Part shown: positions 37,031-50,936 of the stretch, one piece after another | Position numbering within the stretch: position 1 is the stretch's first letter | Layout: each line of letters begins with the position of its first letter | Source of the DNA: Hydrolagus colliei | Taxonomy: Eukaryota | DNA length: 64,000 bases | Reading direction: 5' to 3' | Assembly: GCA_035084275.1 (NCBI GenBank) | Contig: CM068743.1 | Coordinates: 59,024,001-59,088,000 of the forward strand | Position numbers and translations under genes: made by a program | The notes under the pieces: generated by a model | What the model saw: the letters and a program-made list of their open reading frames with translations, nothing else | Database searches by the model: none | Told to the model about the DNA's origin: nothing

Positions 37031-39767
37031 GCATGTTGGACAAACCACCACATCCAACTACATGGACATAACTAAATACTCCATGGCTTTCACCATTATT
37101 ACCTTACTTTTGTGACTGTTGAAGAGCTTTTGCCAGAAATTAGACAGAAGCCACAGTAGGAAAGCCGGATGTTTCTTTTTAAATGATCTTAAGTGATTAA
37201 AATAGTGAGCAATTGATTTTAATCCTTGTTGGGAGGAAGGGAGTTCCTGATGGTATATAATGATGGCATTTAGTTTCCCCCAGTGGTTTGGTGGAGTGGG
37301 GGTGAATCCATTGTTTCCTGTAGTTATTGATCTTTCCAGGAAGCCAGTTAATGCTGCTTCTCTCCTGGCAATATAGAGATGTGAAGCTGGAATCCTAAAT
37401 TCTTCTTCCTGCTCTGCCTTGCTGCCCATCTGGCCTGCAAAAAATAAACAACTGGGCGTTCCATGCATGCATAGCTTGGTAACATTTCTCAATTTCCAAG
37501 CGCACATTTTCATGATATTTCTTTATTTATTTAACTACCTGAAAAAGGAATCAGAGGAAGTAACCACAGAAAACAACTACAGTACTAAGCACAGAAGCAG
37601 AGAGAGTACCTGGTAATAAGTGATCAGTTTGGCCTTTTCTACCCCTTAATGGATTGTTTTTAATGTTCCAGTTTCCAAATTGTGAGAACTATTATTTCCA
37701 TCTGCAACGGGTAACTTAGGGGCCTAAGTTTGTTCCTGCTCCACACAATACCCAGAGCAAGTACTGAATGGGAATGTTACACTGAACTTGAACCAAATGG
37801 TAAGATAAATGGAGTAGTGGTACCCAGTTGTCAGCTACCTTCACTTTTGTGCTGCTTTCATGTTGCTCGAGGCATAATGTAAATGAGCCCTAAATAGATA
37901 TGCTTCTAGACATACAGACATCTAATGGTGATGTAATGCATTCATGCAGAGCACAACAATCTGTACATGTGGATAATGACCCTTCTCTTTGCTGCAAACA
38001 TGGGTTTGAAGTTCTCCACATCTGTGAAGAGAAGCTGGTCTTTGTAGGTGTTACAGAATTTCATAAAGATAAAACCTTGCTGTATGCAAAGTTTGTCTAT
38101 GTATAAAAACATCTGGTAAAGTCATTTATAGCCCGAGAGGTCAGTTCTATAATTATCACCTAGTTTGGGACTGAATTAGGTGTTAAACGTTTTGGCTGGG
38201 TATGGTGCAATTCTATAACTATGAAATTAATTGGGAGGTTACAATTTTTTCAAACAAAAAGTAATATTTAAAGTTTTCAGAAAAGTTTAGCAACTCATGT
38301 AAATAAGGTAATTTAGGGGATAATTCAAATGAGTGGATGCACAACTGCTAGGTTGGTCTTTATTGATGCCTTCACATATAATGAGAGACAGATGGATGGG
38401 GCTTCTTTATAGTAAATCCATTCAAACTTCACTCAAATAAAAAGCATATGCTTGGGATGTCTTGGAGCCTGTGAGGTCTTGCACTTGTTACCACATTGGT
38501 ATAAAATAAGTGCCTCTTGTACTATGTACCAAGAATACTGCAGCTGTTCACAGACTCGTCACATTGAAGACTGCAAGTTCAGCTTGATATTTGGTGGTAT
38601 TTAAAGGTTGTAGCCATGGGTTGAGCTTGTGGGTGAAACAGAGAGATTTGAATGAACACATTGGGCTTCTGGCAAGTCTAGAAGTAAAAATGGCCTGATT
38701 TTAAATATGATTCATGAACAGTAGTATTTGTGCATGATATTGGCACGGTGTGCTCACGACACAACTCCTGATTTGTACCTGTTGTGGTTTATGGGAGACA
38801 TGGATCCAGTTTCATTTTGGCTCATTTACTTCCAAGAATTGAATCCAAAGGGTTTAATTTCCCCCTTCTTGTATTACAGATGCTGTGTCAGTATAACCTG
38901 GAAAAAGTATGTCGCAAGATGATTGGCATGTCATGTACATATTCCAATAAGCATCAAATCACAACATACTAAATCAAGCTATGTGCTATTCTCAAAACTA
39001 AGAAGGCTTAATAATCTTCTTCAATTTGGTCCAACTCCAATCACTAACTAATTCAAGCAACTAATGTTAGAAGATCAAATGTCAGTAGCCTGATAAAAGT
39101 AGAGCATCAATCCTGGTCAGCAAAATCCTAACTTCTCTCTGAAAGGTTAAAAAGGTGAAAATCCATGAGTGGTCATTTCAATCTGTGACTTGACCCAGTG
39201 AGCAGCAACACGCAGCAATCCAATTTTCACATTATCACTCTCATGACATTTATTTTAATTAAGATTAATTTGTCTCAGTTGGTAGGACTTTCATTTTTGG
39301 GGCCAGGAGCTTGTGGGTTCCTCATAACACTAGGATCTTAATCCTCAAAAAAGTTATTAAGGTTTTGAATGAGCAGATCAACATTCAGTTTAACAAATGG
39401 AGCCAAGTATTTCATCCATTCCATTCAACATGGAAATGGAGAGTTGCCCAATATACCCATTGGCATTTTCACAACATCTTGTTACCCCGATGTACTAACC
39501 AACAACTGAAACATGTGGAAGGATGTTGCAAATTGTATTTAGAAGTACAGTACTTAATTGTATTCAGTACAAGTGTATAACTGTAGATATAAATATTGGG
39601 AGGATTCCCTTTCATTCTCTGAAGACGTCATTGTTTTTTTTCTTCCTTATTGTTTCACTATGTTGTATGGAAGTGTGGCAGTGCAAGAGGTAAAGCAGTC
39701 ATGCAATTTTGAACTCACACTTCCATTGCATAATAAAAAGCAAAGCTTGAATCACAAAACATAAGGG

Positions 39768-39910
39768 CATGGAATCATAAAATAATGCAGTACGGAAGGA
39801 GGCAATTCGACCCATCAAGTCTATGCTGGCTCTTTGAAAAGAGCTATCCAAATCAATCCCACTCCCCCGTGCTCTCCCAATAGCCCTGCAAACCTGTCCT
39901 CCCCAGGATA
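39768..39910 (-). mobile_element. CR1 3' tail fragment
   Basis: GGAGGCAATTCGACCCATC...GGCTCTTTGAAAAGAGC...AATCCCACTCCCCCGTGCTCTCCC, matching 9085-9185. Confidence 0.8.
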
Positions 39911-40081
39911 AGGGCTGCTTCCTATTTAAATGTGGAAGGATTAGTTCGAAGCAGTATCAGTGAATGAATTTACAATGCTTGACCCGATCTTTCATTGAGT
40001 TGCCTGAGGCCTGCACTGCACCAGCTTCTTGTCATGAATAATAATCTCATAAAGTTGATGTTTTGTATTTGTCTGTTAGTC

Positions 40082-40460
40082 AATAATAATAACCCTTGCA
40101 TTTGATATAGCGCTTTTCATGTCTTCTAGACAGGATATATTGTTACGTGAATTAAGTGTAAAGTAAAGTGAATTGACTGTACATTTGTGGGTGAAATGTG
40201 GCAGCCAATTGCGCACAACAACAACAACTTCGATTTATGTAGCGCCCTCCACACCGGACGGCATCTCAGAGCCCTTAAAGCGCTCAGCAGTGTCCCACAA
40301 ACAGTTGCAGATTGAAATGACCAATTTTTTTTTTTAATTGTACGTAGTATTATTAGGCGTGTGGAGTAAAGAAACTTGCTCAAGTTTCACCCTGCCTGAA
40401 ATTGAACCCAGGTCTCTCGCTTGTAAGGCGAGTGCTCTAATCACTGAACTACAGGACTCC
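40082..40460 (-). mobile_element. Full-length DeuSINE with a nested 62-bp type-A L2 tail (40218-40279)
   Basis: Head ...CTACAGGACTCC at 40460 and tail at 40082; the insert is flanked by GCGCACA / GCGCTCA. Confidence 0.92.
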
Positions 40461-42019
40461 TGTATGACATGTAATCAGCAGAAGATATACTGGTTGATAG
40501 AAATGACATTAGATATTGGAAAGGTGACCTAAACAAAATAAACAGGAACAAAAGTTGGGCTGGCATTTTGTGTGAGAAAGACATGTGGTGACCTTGGCCA
40601 CAATGCCTGGCTTCTTTCAGCACCTTGGGACGCCCTTCTGGTGTGAAAGGCTGTATACAAGTGTAATTTTGTGTTGATGTTATTAGTTAAGCTTTTCAAT
40701 ACTGAATGATCTTAGTGACAAGAAGTTTAACACAGTCTTGCCTGTACTTGTAAAATTCAAAACTCAATCTTGTTCCATTTCTGGGTAAGAATCTAGAAAA
40801 GTACATTAAACATCATTGAACATCTTATGAACTAAAATAATACGAGCTTGCCTTTGTTGATAGTAATGAGGTAATCGAGTTTATCTGAGGTCTAATTTAC
40901 ACTATAATGTCCCTTTCCTTTTCCCAATGTCAGCCATGGAGTACATTCCACTACTTTCTGTGAAGTATTTTGAGATGTTCTCCCATCGTGAAAGGTGCTA
41001 ATTTATACGGGAGAACTATTATTGTTTCATGTTGACTTGAAACTCCAGAACAGGTAGAAGGCATCCCAGTTCATATTTCATATGGTGCAAGATAAAGAGA
41101 AGTAACATAGTTGGGGTCAATAGCATTATTTATATCTTATTGCTGTTTGTGCAATGCAGATGTGTATGTCTGTACTCATGTGCACCAATTACTAACCAAA
41201 TATGTTACCAATCTGATTTGCTTTGATCTCTTTGGTATCCTTTTAACACATACCATCTTCAAAATTTCACAACCCTCATGACATACCTAAAATGAGACAC
41301 TGCTTTTTAAAAATATAAATATATTCTTTCAAGTTAATTGTGTTGACCATCTTCACTGCCTCGGTGGTCCAGCGCAGATCAGAAGCATCCGTTTTTGATC
41401 AACTCGTCATGTGAATTGCTAATTGAGCTGTGGATGTTGGCTGAAAATAATTGTGAAAAAAATTCTGACAATTTTCAAGAAAGTCACAATGTTAGCAGTT
41501 GTGTCAGGGTATCATCACCTCTGCTAATTAAGTGAGTATATTTTGCGTCAGGTGGTCAGTAAATCCAGGAGGTGCTAAAATGAAGTGGAGGACAGTGAAT
41601 GAAAAGAAACGGACATGAAGCAAATGTTTCAATTAACTCAATGCTCCTTTTCGAGTTGAGTACAGAAGCTTCTGCATCATTTACTATTGCAGTTTAGTGG
41701 AGCGAAACATTGTGACAGAAGTTGGCTATTTGTTGCATCCAACCTGCTCAGCCATTTTATTAGTTCATTGCTCTTAATCTTTGTATTCCCATTTCAGTAC
41801 CATTTCTCCACACTCTTATCACAACTATTTATCTATGTACAGTACCTTATGTTCGGGATTATTTCCATCCATTTTACCTCGCTTCATTCCTCCCATCCAT
41901 ACTTACCTAGGTATAATTGCTTACAATATCTGTCATAGGTTTGTAATACATCCCCATGATTAAATAGCCTGCTGATACTCACTTACTAGCATAACAGATA
42001 GTCACTTGGACAAGGTATC

Positions 42020-42420
42020 TCTGTCAGTCACTAAGAACTGGATGAGCGCAGATTTCCTAAACATTGACAAGACGGAAGCCATATACTTTGACTCTTGTCA
42101 ATGTATTCAGTCCCATGGTTCTCACCTCCTCCACATACCCAACTGCCCCAAACATTTTACGAACCGGTATGCAACCTGTCACCCAATTATCCTTCCTCCC
42201 CCAAATCCGGTCCCTCACCAGCACCGCCTTCTTCCATCTCCGCCACATTGCCTATTTCCGCCAAAATCACACCCCCAAAAGCTGCTAATACCCTGGTCCA
42301 TACCTTGGACCTCTCAGCTGGACTACACCAATGCCCTCCTCACTGGTCTCCCTTCCGCTACTATTCATCAAATCCAGCTCATACAGAATTCTACTGCCTG
42401 CATTCTCACCCGAACCAAAA
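42020..42420 (+). mobile_element. Degraded internal L2 fragment
   Basis: KNWMSADFLNIDKTEAI and QLSFLPQIRSLTSTAFFHLRHIA; homologous to 11480-11880. Confidence 0.85.
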
Positions 42421-43949
42421 TGTTGAAAAGTACAACCAACCTGCTCCCATCCCCAACACTGACAATGTTGTCCGCAAGGAGACGGCCGTTAGATTACCAG
42501 CCCAAGAAGCACATTCCTTGACTGCTGTTTAGCTTGTTGCCAGACTAACTCACCAAACATTAGACATTTCTCTGATGTCATACATTCCTGCTCATCCATT
42601 CTGCTCCTTCCCCTTCATAACCCAGCCACTCTGTCCCATCATCAAGGGAATGCGGATAAATACAAAATTGTGAATATTGGGCTCAAGAATAAGAGACACT
42701 TTTTCCATGGATGGGATAACATATGTCAAATTGCAAACTGATATAGACCTAAGGGTGTTTCAGTTGTACATTGTGCAAAAACAGTGAGGCGGTAATTATT
42801 TATTGGCTGGAACAGGTTTGCAGAAATGGTTGTTTGGGCCGGGACATGGATTCATGTGTATGTGGGAAAAAAATGGTGCAAGTCTAAGTGCTTTGTTTTG
42901 TTATGAGTATGAATCTATTAGAGTCAGATTGAGATGCTGTGGTAGCTATTCTGGGAGGATGAGATCAAATGGGCTGAAGGGCTTTCTCAATCTGAGCTCT
43001 CACGGGATACTTTGATAATTTTGCTCCTGCATGATAGTGTTCTGTACAGGTAGTCCTTGTCAGCAGCTTTTACTTGCTGTTGAGGTATACCCTCAGCCAA
43101 ATTCACCCCAAGTATGAACTAAAAAATATATAGCTTATATATCTTGTTGAGCCCTTATCAATATTTAGGAGTGTGTACCTTGGCTATAAATAGGTTCTTA
43201 CTGTTTAAGACAACCCCATAATGTTTTACTGCTTTATTTAATGTTGCCTAAAAAATACAATTACTAAACTTTACAGAAAAACTTGTGAAAAACATTTTTC
43301 ATACTCCTGACATGAAACTGCAAAAATTATTATTTTTTAGACTTGTTAGACTGATAAGCATCACTTATCTCTAAAATTAAGGTGTGGCTGCTCATTGGTA
43401 ATCTGAAGGCTGCGTTTTTCTTTGAATAAAAATATATTCAGTCAGATTGAACTCAATTGGGGCAATTAATGAGAAATTTACAGTTTAATTTTAGATTCCG
43501 GCTGTTTCAGTTGTGTTTATGATATTTGCATGCCTGTCAGTGTGGTTTCCTTTGACTGTGGTTTCAATAGAAATAGTCACCCTTCGAGATGCTGGTGTCA
43601 AAGTCTATAATAAGGATTCCAGTTATATTTTTAGATGGGGGTAAAGTGAGACATTTTTGCTTTCCTAGGGTTTTTCTAGTTTTGTTGCTAATAACTTGCA
43701 TGGTATCTTATATTCTGCACTTTTATCTATATGTCTAAAGATACTGTACTGTACATAGATTATTTTTTATATCATTCTGCACCATTCCTGTATAGAAAGT
43801 TTTGCAAAGTGTTTGTATATTTTATATAAAAAGAACATAGAAGTGAGAGAACATTTTAATTAAACCTGCTCCTTTTATATACCTTGGTCAATCTATCCGC
43901 ACTATTTCATCATCTGTGACAAACTTCAAACACTTTTCCCTCTTTCTCC

Positions 43950-45775
43950 TCTAATTCATCTCCCAGCTCCATTTCCTAGCCTCCTTCCTAATTGACATGA
44001 TCAATCTCTCCCTATCCACCGACATTGTTCCCATCGCTCTAGAAACAGCTATCATCACCCTCATCCTGAAAATCCTTCGCTGGACCCATCCCTATTCTCC
44101 AGCTACCGCCCCATCTCCAACCTCCCATTTCTCTCTAAGGAATTAATTATTGCTTCCCAGGTTTGCTCCTTTCTCTTTCACCAGTCCCTCTTTAAACCCC
44201 TGCCATCCGGCTTCTGTGCTGCCCATAGCACAGAGGCAGCCCTGATCAAAGTCTCTAACAACATTCTAAACATCTGTGATCAGGGCTTTGCCTCCATGTC
44301 TTCCTCAACCTCTCTGCTGCCTTCGACACTGTTGATCACTTCATCCTCCTACACCGCCTCTCCTGCCAGCTCAATCTTCATGGACCTGCCCTCACTTGGT
44401 TCAAAGCCTACCTTTCTCACTATCTCCAGTTTGTTACCACCAATGGCTTCTCTTCCAGCCCCCACATTGTCACCTGTGGCATCCCCCAGGGCTCTGTCCT
44501 TGTCCCCTTACTTTTTAGCATGTACATGCTGCCCCTTGGTGACATCATCCACAGACTCGGATGTCATCTGCATACAACTTCCACATGTATGCAGATGACA
44601 CCCAACTCTATCTTTCTGCCACTACCATCAATTCCAGGTCCATTGCTGTCCTGACAGACTGCCTGTCTAACATCAAGTCATGCATGAGAGCTCACTTTCT
44701 ACAGTTGAATGTCAATAAGACCAAGGCCCTCCTGATTAGCTTGCGCCAGCGCCATGGACGTGCAGTCAGGGTAGGCAGGGTAGGCAGTGCCTACCTTATG
44801 AAAATAAAAACTTTCAATTGTACATGATTATTTAATGGTTTATATTATGGTTTATATTTTTACAATACACATTTTACAAAATACAACTAATTTGTAGTAG
44901 AAACTACCAAAATTATTTAACTGTGATTTGGTATGCCTACCTTAAAAGCAATCGAAAGGCAACTAGACGCTGTGCCTTTTTTACCCATTGAGTTGAATGT
45001 AGTTCCGATGCGCCTGCGCGTTCCTTTCTCAGTGTCTCAGTAAGGGTGAAATAGGCACAAGCTACCGCTGCCTTTCCTCTTTCTACCAACTGCAATCAGA
45101 TTACATTGAGATGTCATCCATGTGTATGCGCATTTGTGGAAAAAATTACTGGGAAAAAGGCAGAGTTTGCTGCTGTCTTTGGGGCGTGGCTTTATGACAA
45201 TACCATAAAGGCATGCCCCCAAAAATTTGTATGGACTGAGAAGTGCCTACCTTGTGATTTTACCCATCGCACGTCACTGGCCAGCGCCTTCACCCTTCAG
45301 GCACTGGCAGCTTCAACCTCCATGGTTTCACACTCAACCTCAGTCAGGGACCTAGGTGTCTTGTTCGATCCTCAACTGTCTTTCCTCCCCCACATCCAAG
45401 TAATGACCTGCTCTGCTTCCCTCACCTCTGCAACATTGCACCTCATCCATTACCTCACACGCCTAGGTGTTGAAACCCTCATTCACGTCTCTCACATTCC
45501 GTCTTAACTACACCAATGCCCTGCTTGTCAGCCTTCCTAACTCCTCCCTCCATAGATTGCAGATAATCCAGAACTCTGTGTCCTACACCACTCCAAGCTT
45601 CATGACCCTATCCCCCACATCCTCGCCTGACTCCAATGGATCCCCATCACTCAGAGGATCCTGGTCCGCACATTGAAAGCCCTCCACAGACCACACCCCA
45701 CCCTACCTCTGTGACCTCCTAACCTCCTACCACCTGCCAGCCCCCTCCATTCAGCAGGCTCTGTCCTGCTCCACT
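43950..45775 (+). mobile_element. Degraded L2 LINE RT region split by a hAT
   Basis: YRPISNLPF and HSTE-type segments, FHMYADDTQLYL...LQLNVNKTKALL, resuming after 45287 with VRDLGVLFDPQLSF. Confidence 0.92.
44753..45279 (+). mobile_element. Non-autonomous hAT transposon, copy 2
   Basis: Same family as 29433-29918; ends CATGGACGTGC / GCACGTCACTG; perfect 8-bp TSD GCCAGCGC (44745-44752 and 45280-45287). Confidence 0.94.
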
Positions 45776-45779
45776 GGGG

Positions 45780-46220
45780 AAGTTCATGAGAATTATTTCA
45801 GGATTGAAGAACTACAAGTATGAGGAGAGATGGACGAAATTGGGCCTGTTTTCATTGGAGCAGAGAAGATTGAGGAGACACCTGGAAGAGTTATACAAAA
45901 TTCTGAGAGTTTTTGACAGCGTAAACAAGGAGAAGATATTGCTATTGATAGGGGACATGCTGCCAATGGGGCACAGTTATAGGATAGCTTAGAGTAAAAG
46001 GAGATTTTTCACCCAGAGAGCAGTGGAATGTCCTGTTGAATAGGTGGAGGCAGAGTTGATTTTGTCTTTCGAGAGAGAAGCAGACAGGCATATGAAAAAG
46101 AAAGGCTTGAAGGATTTTTGAGATGATGCAGAGCAGTGGGCTTGAGTTGATCCCCATTCCCTGTGAGTGGGTATCGATGTGATGCGCCAAATTGTCTCTG
46201 TGTGCACTATAGATTTCTAT
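45780..46220 (+). mobile_element. Old CR1 3' end
   Basis: RIISGLKNYKYEERWTKLGLFSLEQRRLR; tail GATTTCTATG. Confidence 0.85.
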
Positions 46221-46680
46221 GTGTGTGTATCAATTGCCAGGGTTGTCATGATCGCCTTATCCATTTATGAAAGGAACCATTCTTCAAACATGAAAAAAAG
46301 AACTTGCCCTATCACATAACAATGTCGCAAAGTGCTTCACAGATATACCATCCTGCTTGATGACTATTTTGTGCACTTGAAAAGTCCAATAAACAGTCAT
46401 GAATTGAACTGCCAATTGATCAGATGATTTTAGGGGTTAGGACACCAGAGAAACATTCCCTTTTTAAAAAATTATGTTTTGGTATCTCTAATGTTCATGT
46501 GCAGATCAGCTAAATGGAACACTTCATCATTTTAACAAGTTAAAATAAATTTAATGCTTCATCAAGTTTGTGGTTTGATCCTCACTCATATAATCTAACA
46601 TGACACTCCAATGTGGTGATGGGGATGTGCTGTATTGTTAGAGATACCGTCTTTCAAATGTAACAAAAACAGAGCCTGTT

Positions 46681-46930
46681 CAACAACAACAAAATTACAT
46701 TTCTGGAGCACCTTTCACGTCGCTGAACAGTCCAGTCGGCACCCGAGCAGGGGAGAGGGAGAGGGCAGGGGGGAGGCGCAGGAGAGAGTGGGGATGGGAG
46801 GGAGAGAGTTGGGAGGGCAGCAGAAGGCACAATCGAAGAGGAGTGTCTTGAGACTGGCCTTGAAGGAGGCAAGGGAGAAAACGAGGTGAAGGGACTGTGG
46901 GATGGAGTCCCAGAGTGAGGGGGCAGAGTC
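46681..46930 (-). mobile_element. L2 3' end
   Basis: (CAA)n tail; colinear with the reverse complement of 50670-50936. Confidence 0.85.
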
Positions 46931-48744
46931 TGAGACAGAGTTCTATTTAAAGAGAGAAAGGTGTTTTTGTCTTTGCCAAAATTTTCCAAATAAAATAGGT
47001 TTTTCATTCATGGCTAATTGTGAGACCTTGCTGCATGCAAATTGGCTGTGCTTTGTTCACAATATACACTGCCACATCAGTTTACCGTATGGTTTGTGAA
47101 GTGCTTAGAGACTCCTCAACTGTGTGACATCATGCTATATTGAATACAAGGATTATTATTATCCAAAGGACAGCATCTCTGACAATGCAGAATTTGCCCA
47201 GCAGTGCACTGAACCATCAACTTGTCCATGAGCTTATCACAATGTGGGAATTGAATCCATACCCTTCTGATCAAGTTGGGTACCTACTAAACCCAAAGAA
47301 TGCTTATTGGCGGGTCTTTCAGCTTCAGAGATGGATCAATGTGAGACTAAACTTGCACTCACGTGACATAAATAGAGGTGCACTTTTCAGCAAAGGGTCA
47401 CTGGATAGGAATCAGTAGTAGGAGCTCTGACTAATTTTTCCATCCTTAGTCTAGGGCACTGAGTCCAATTACAGCATTTCTACTGCAGTTTGTGATTGAC
47501 ATCACAGAACTCAGTATAGAGGCAGGGTTGAATCTGGGACCTGTAGAGTCTGCAAAACTTAGTGCAGATTGGAGAGAGGTTTTACCAACCAACGTATCAG
47601 TGAGGAGACGTCAATCTGTACTTAAACTTCCATTACTGGGGGGCAATTCTGATGGTGTATTGGATAGAGCTGCAGCTTACAGTCTAAGAGTTCATTGGTT
47701 TAAATACCAGGCTATGCTGAATTTGCTGTCAGGCAGGGTCTCCATGGGAGGCTAAATTTATCGTGGTCCTCCCAGGGTTAGTGAGTGGACAGCCAGATGT
47801 TCCTTGTTACTGGTTTCTTTACAGCACCCTCTACAAGTTATATGTGGTATAGCAACCAGATGTTGAGAGACAAACTCATTGTGACATTCTTTATTATCAA
47901 GTAGACAGCCCTCATTATTGGATGGACAATCCACTGGGATCCAGTTACTCTAGATAGCATTTCATGGTGTAGATCATTTGGCAAATTCTTGAATACAGAC
48001 ATAATTTTGAGGTTGGTTTTACGGAATGTTCATTTGAGAACTGGAACTTGCCAAATTCTGGACACAAAAATTCTACGTTAGAAGAGTAAACCTAGTCCCA
48101 GGGAGGATTTTACTCCATGTATTTTATTATACTGTATTGCTGCTGGAAAGTAATATCGCTATTGTGCAGTCTATTTTTTAGAAGGAGTTCTATACATTTT
48201 CTTGTTGTCTGACAGTCCACCTGCCTTAAACAAATAGCAACAGAAGGAATGCAACAAAAAAGCTGGTTTCTGCAATTCTGGCTAAGAATTCTTCATGTGC
48301 CAATACTGTACAAGCTTGTAGCTAAAAGCTCCATGGAACAGATAGACACTCCAGTTTTCATGTTTAATATTCCCCTCGGGTTACAAAGTGACCTTAAGCC
48401 TGAGCTATATATAGAAACAAAGATACTCATTGAAAAGGCTGTCACACAGAGAGCTTCATTTTCATTTTAATGAGAAACATGAATAAAAACAATATCAGTT
48501 CTGACTGGTTATATGTAACATATTTCCATTGATTCAAATATTGCCTTGCAGAAGATTATTTTGCAATATTTTTATTTTGCAAAGTTTTAAAAAAAATGTT
48601 TTAAGTACAAGGGAGAGAAAATTGGATACAAGGCCGAATTCATTGGTGCAGGAATACTCTTGTGTTATCAGAACCTGGTGGGAACTGAATATTAATTTTT
48701 TTTTTTTTAAAGTGTGTGTGTATATATAGTATATATATATATAC

Positions 48745-49272
48745 TTCACCACACTTCAAGAAGTATGTTAAGGCATTAGAAAGGGTGCAGTTGAGACTTA
48801 TCAGGATGATAGCAGGAATGAGGGACTTTGGTTATGAGGAATGGCTGGAGAGTCTAGGATTATTCTCATTGGAGCAGAGAAGGTTACGAGGAGACCTAAT
48901 AGAGGTTTTAAAAATCATGAGGGGATTCGTTAGGGTAAACGGAAAAACTGTTTCCACTGGTGGGTGTGTCAGTGACTCGAGGTCACAGATTTAAAATAGT
49001 TTCTAAAAGAAGCAGAGGGCAGGTGAGGAGAAATGTTTTCATGCAGCGAGTTGTTCGAATCTGGAATGCATTGCCTGAAAGGGTGTTGGAGGCCGATTCA
49101 ATAACAACTTTTAAAAGAGAGGTGGATAGCTATTTGGCGAGGATGGGTTTGCGGGATTATGGGGAGAGAGAAAGGAAGTATGACTGCCTTTGAATAGCAG
49201 TTTTCAAAGAGCCGGCACAGATACGATGGGCTGAATGGGCTCCTTTTGTGCTCCTTTTGTACCATTCTATGA
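48745..49272 (+). mobile_element. CR1 LINE 3' end
   Basis: SPHFKKYVKALERVQ...LFSLEQRRLRGDLIEV and VVRIWNALPERVLEADS; tail CATTCTATGA. Same family as 9051-10048. Confidence 0.93.
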
Positions 49273-49944
49273 TATATATTTATTTGTTGATATATATTTA
49301 CCCTTGTCTCAGACAGTATCAAACCGGTTACAAAAAATAAGATGCAACATGTTATTATCCCGTTACAGAGCACAACAGACCTGGTCCTTTGTTGTGGGGT
49401 GGGAAGAGGGCCTCTGCACACTCCATTTTGGTGAAGAGACCAAGGCTTCCTTGCTTAAGGGTTCTGTGGCTTTTTGCAAGGCACAGTTACAAATGGGGTT
49501 TTGTACCCCTGTTGCTATCCCTCCCCTCTTAGTGGCGAGTGCGAACAGGATGTGCACATTTTTTTGGTACACTCCCTTTAAGACAGTGGAGAATCTCCCA
49601 TGTGTGCACGACATCCATGTGCTCACACACCTTGATAAGGCACACTTGCTGATGTGCACCGTAAGCTCACATGTTTACCTAAACACGCCCAGATACCTTG
49701 CAAACACAAACGCAAACGCATATGCTGTATACCAAACCAGTCCCATCCCTGTCACCATGCTGTCCCTGTTGGGGTTGCCTTTTTTTTACAAGGAGCAATT
49801 GCATGGGCAGATTAGTCCCAGTTCTGTTATCATTTTCCAGGACAATGAGCCTTTACCTCATTCCCTGCTGCTCTCCCTTTTATGGGAGGAGACAGGCAGA
49901 CATACATACATTTACAGAACGCTCTTTGTTTACATTTTGAGCAT

Positions 49945-50936
49945 TCTTCTGTGTCTGTCAACTGCTTTTCCTCCAGCCGCTGCACCATCTCATACAGCAT
50001 TCCTCAGGGCTCTGTCCTTGGTATCCTCCTCTTCACCCTCTACATGCTCCCCCTCGGTGACATCATCTGCAGACATGGGATAAATTTCCACATATATGCG
50101 GATGACACCCAAATCTACCTTTCAGCTTCCGCCCTCATCCGCATCAGCATCCGAGGCTGCGCTCTCTATCTCTCAATGCCAGTCAGGAACCTGGGTGTCT
50201 TGTTTGACTCTGAACTGTCCCTCCTCACCCACATCCATGCCATGACCAGTACTGCCTTCCACCATCTCCGTAACATTGCCAGACTCCGCCATTGCCTCAC
50301 CCCTCAGGCTGCCAAAACCCTTGTCCACGCATTCATCATATCAAAGCTTGACTATGGAAACTTCCTCCTTGTCGGCCTTGTCAGCTCTTCCGTTCACAAG
50401 CAGAACTCTGCAGCTTGTGTCCTCTCCTGCACCAAGCTCCGCAACCGCATCACTCCCACCCTCGCCTAGCTCCTTTAGCTCCACATCCCCCAGAGGATCA
50501 AATTCAAGATCCTCGTCCTCACTTTCAAGGCTATTATCGGCCTTGCTCCCTCCTATCTCTCTGACCTGCTGTCTCCCTATTAACCTGCCCGCCCCCTCTG
50601 TTCAGCGGTCTCCAGTCTGCTCCATGTCCCCAGCCCGATTAGCCCTACCATCAGTGGACAGGTTTCCAGCCTCTCTGCCCCCACACTTTGGAACTTTATT
50701 CCACAATCCCTTCACCTCGCTTCATCCCTTGCCTCCTTCAAGGCCGGTCTCAAGAGCCTGCTTTTCGATTGTGCCTTCTGCCACCCTCCCAACTCTCTCC
50801 CTCCCCTCCTATCTATCACCCTCCCCTCCCCCCTATCCTGCTCCTCACCCTTGCTCGGGGTCCTACCTGACTGTTCAATGCCTCGGGACGTCCTCCTGAC
50901 GTGAAAGGCTCTCTATAAATGTAATTTTTTTTGTTG
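49945..50936 (+). mobile_element. L2 LINE, 5'-truncated with internal deletions
   Basis: IPQGSVLGILLF...FHIYADDTQIYL...VRNLGVLFDSELS; tail CCTGACTGTTCAATGCCTCGGGACGTCCTCCTGACGTGAAAGG. Confidence 0.93.

Noticed and set aside
47340-47870. Very old SINE-like remnants (similar traces near 3600-3800, 22380-22480, 34630-34840, 51600-51800 and 59230-59400)
   Set aside because: Too diverged to assign a family or boundaries without a profile search.
49235-50083. 282-aa ORF, the longest in the window
   Set aside because: Starts in a CR1 tail and ends in an off-frame L2 sequence; no recognisable domain.
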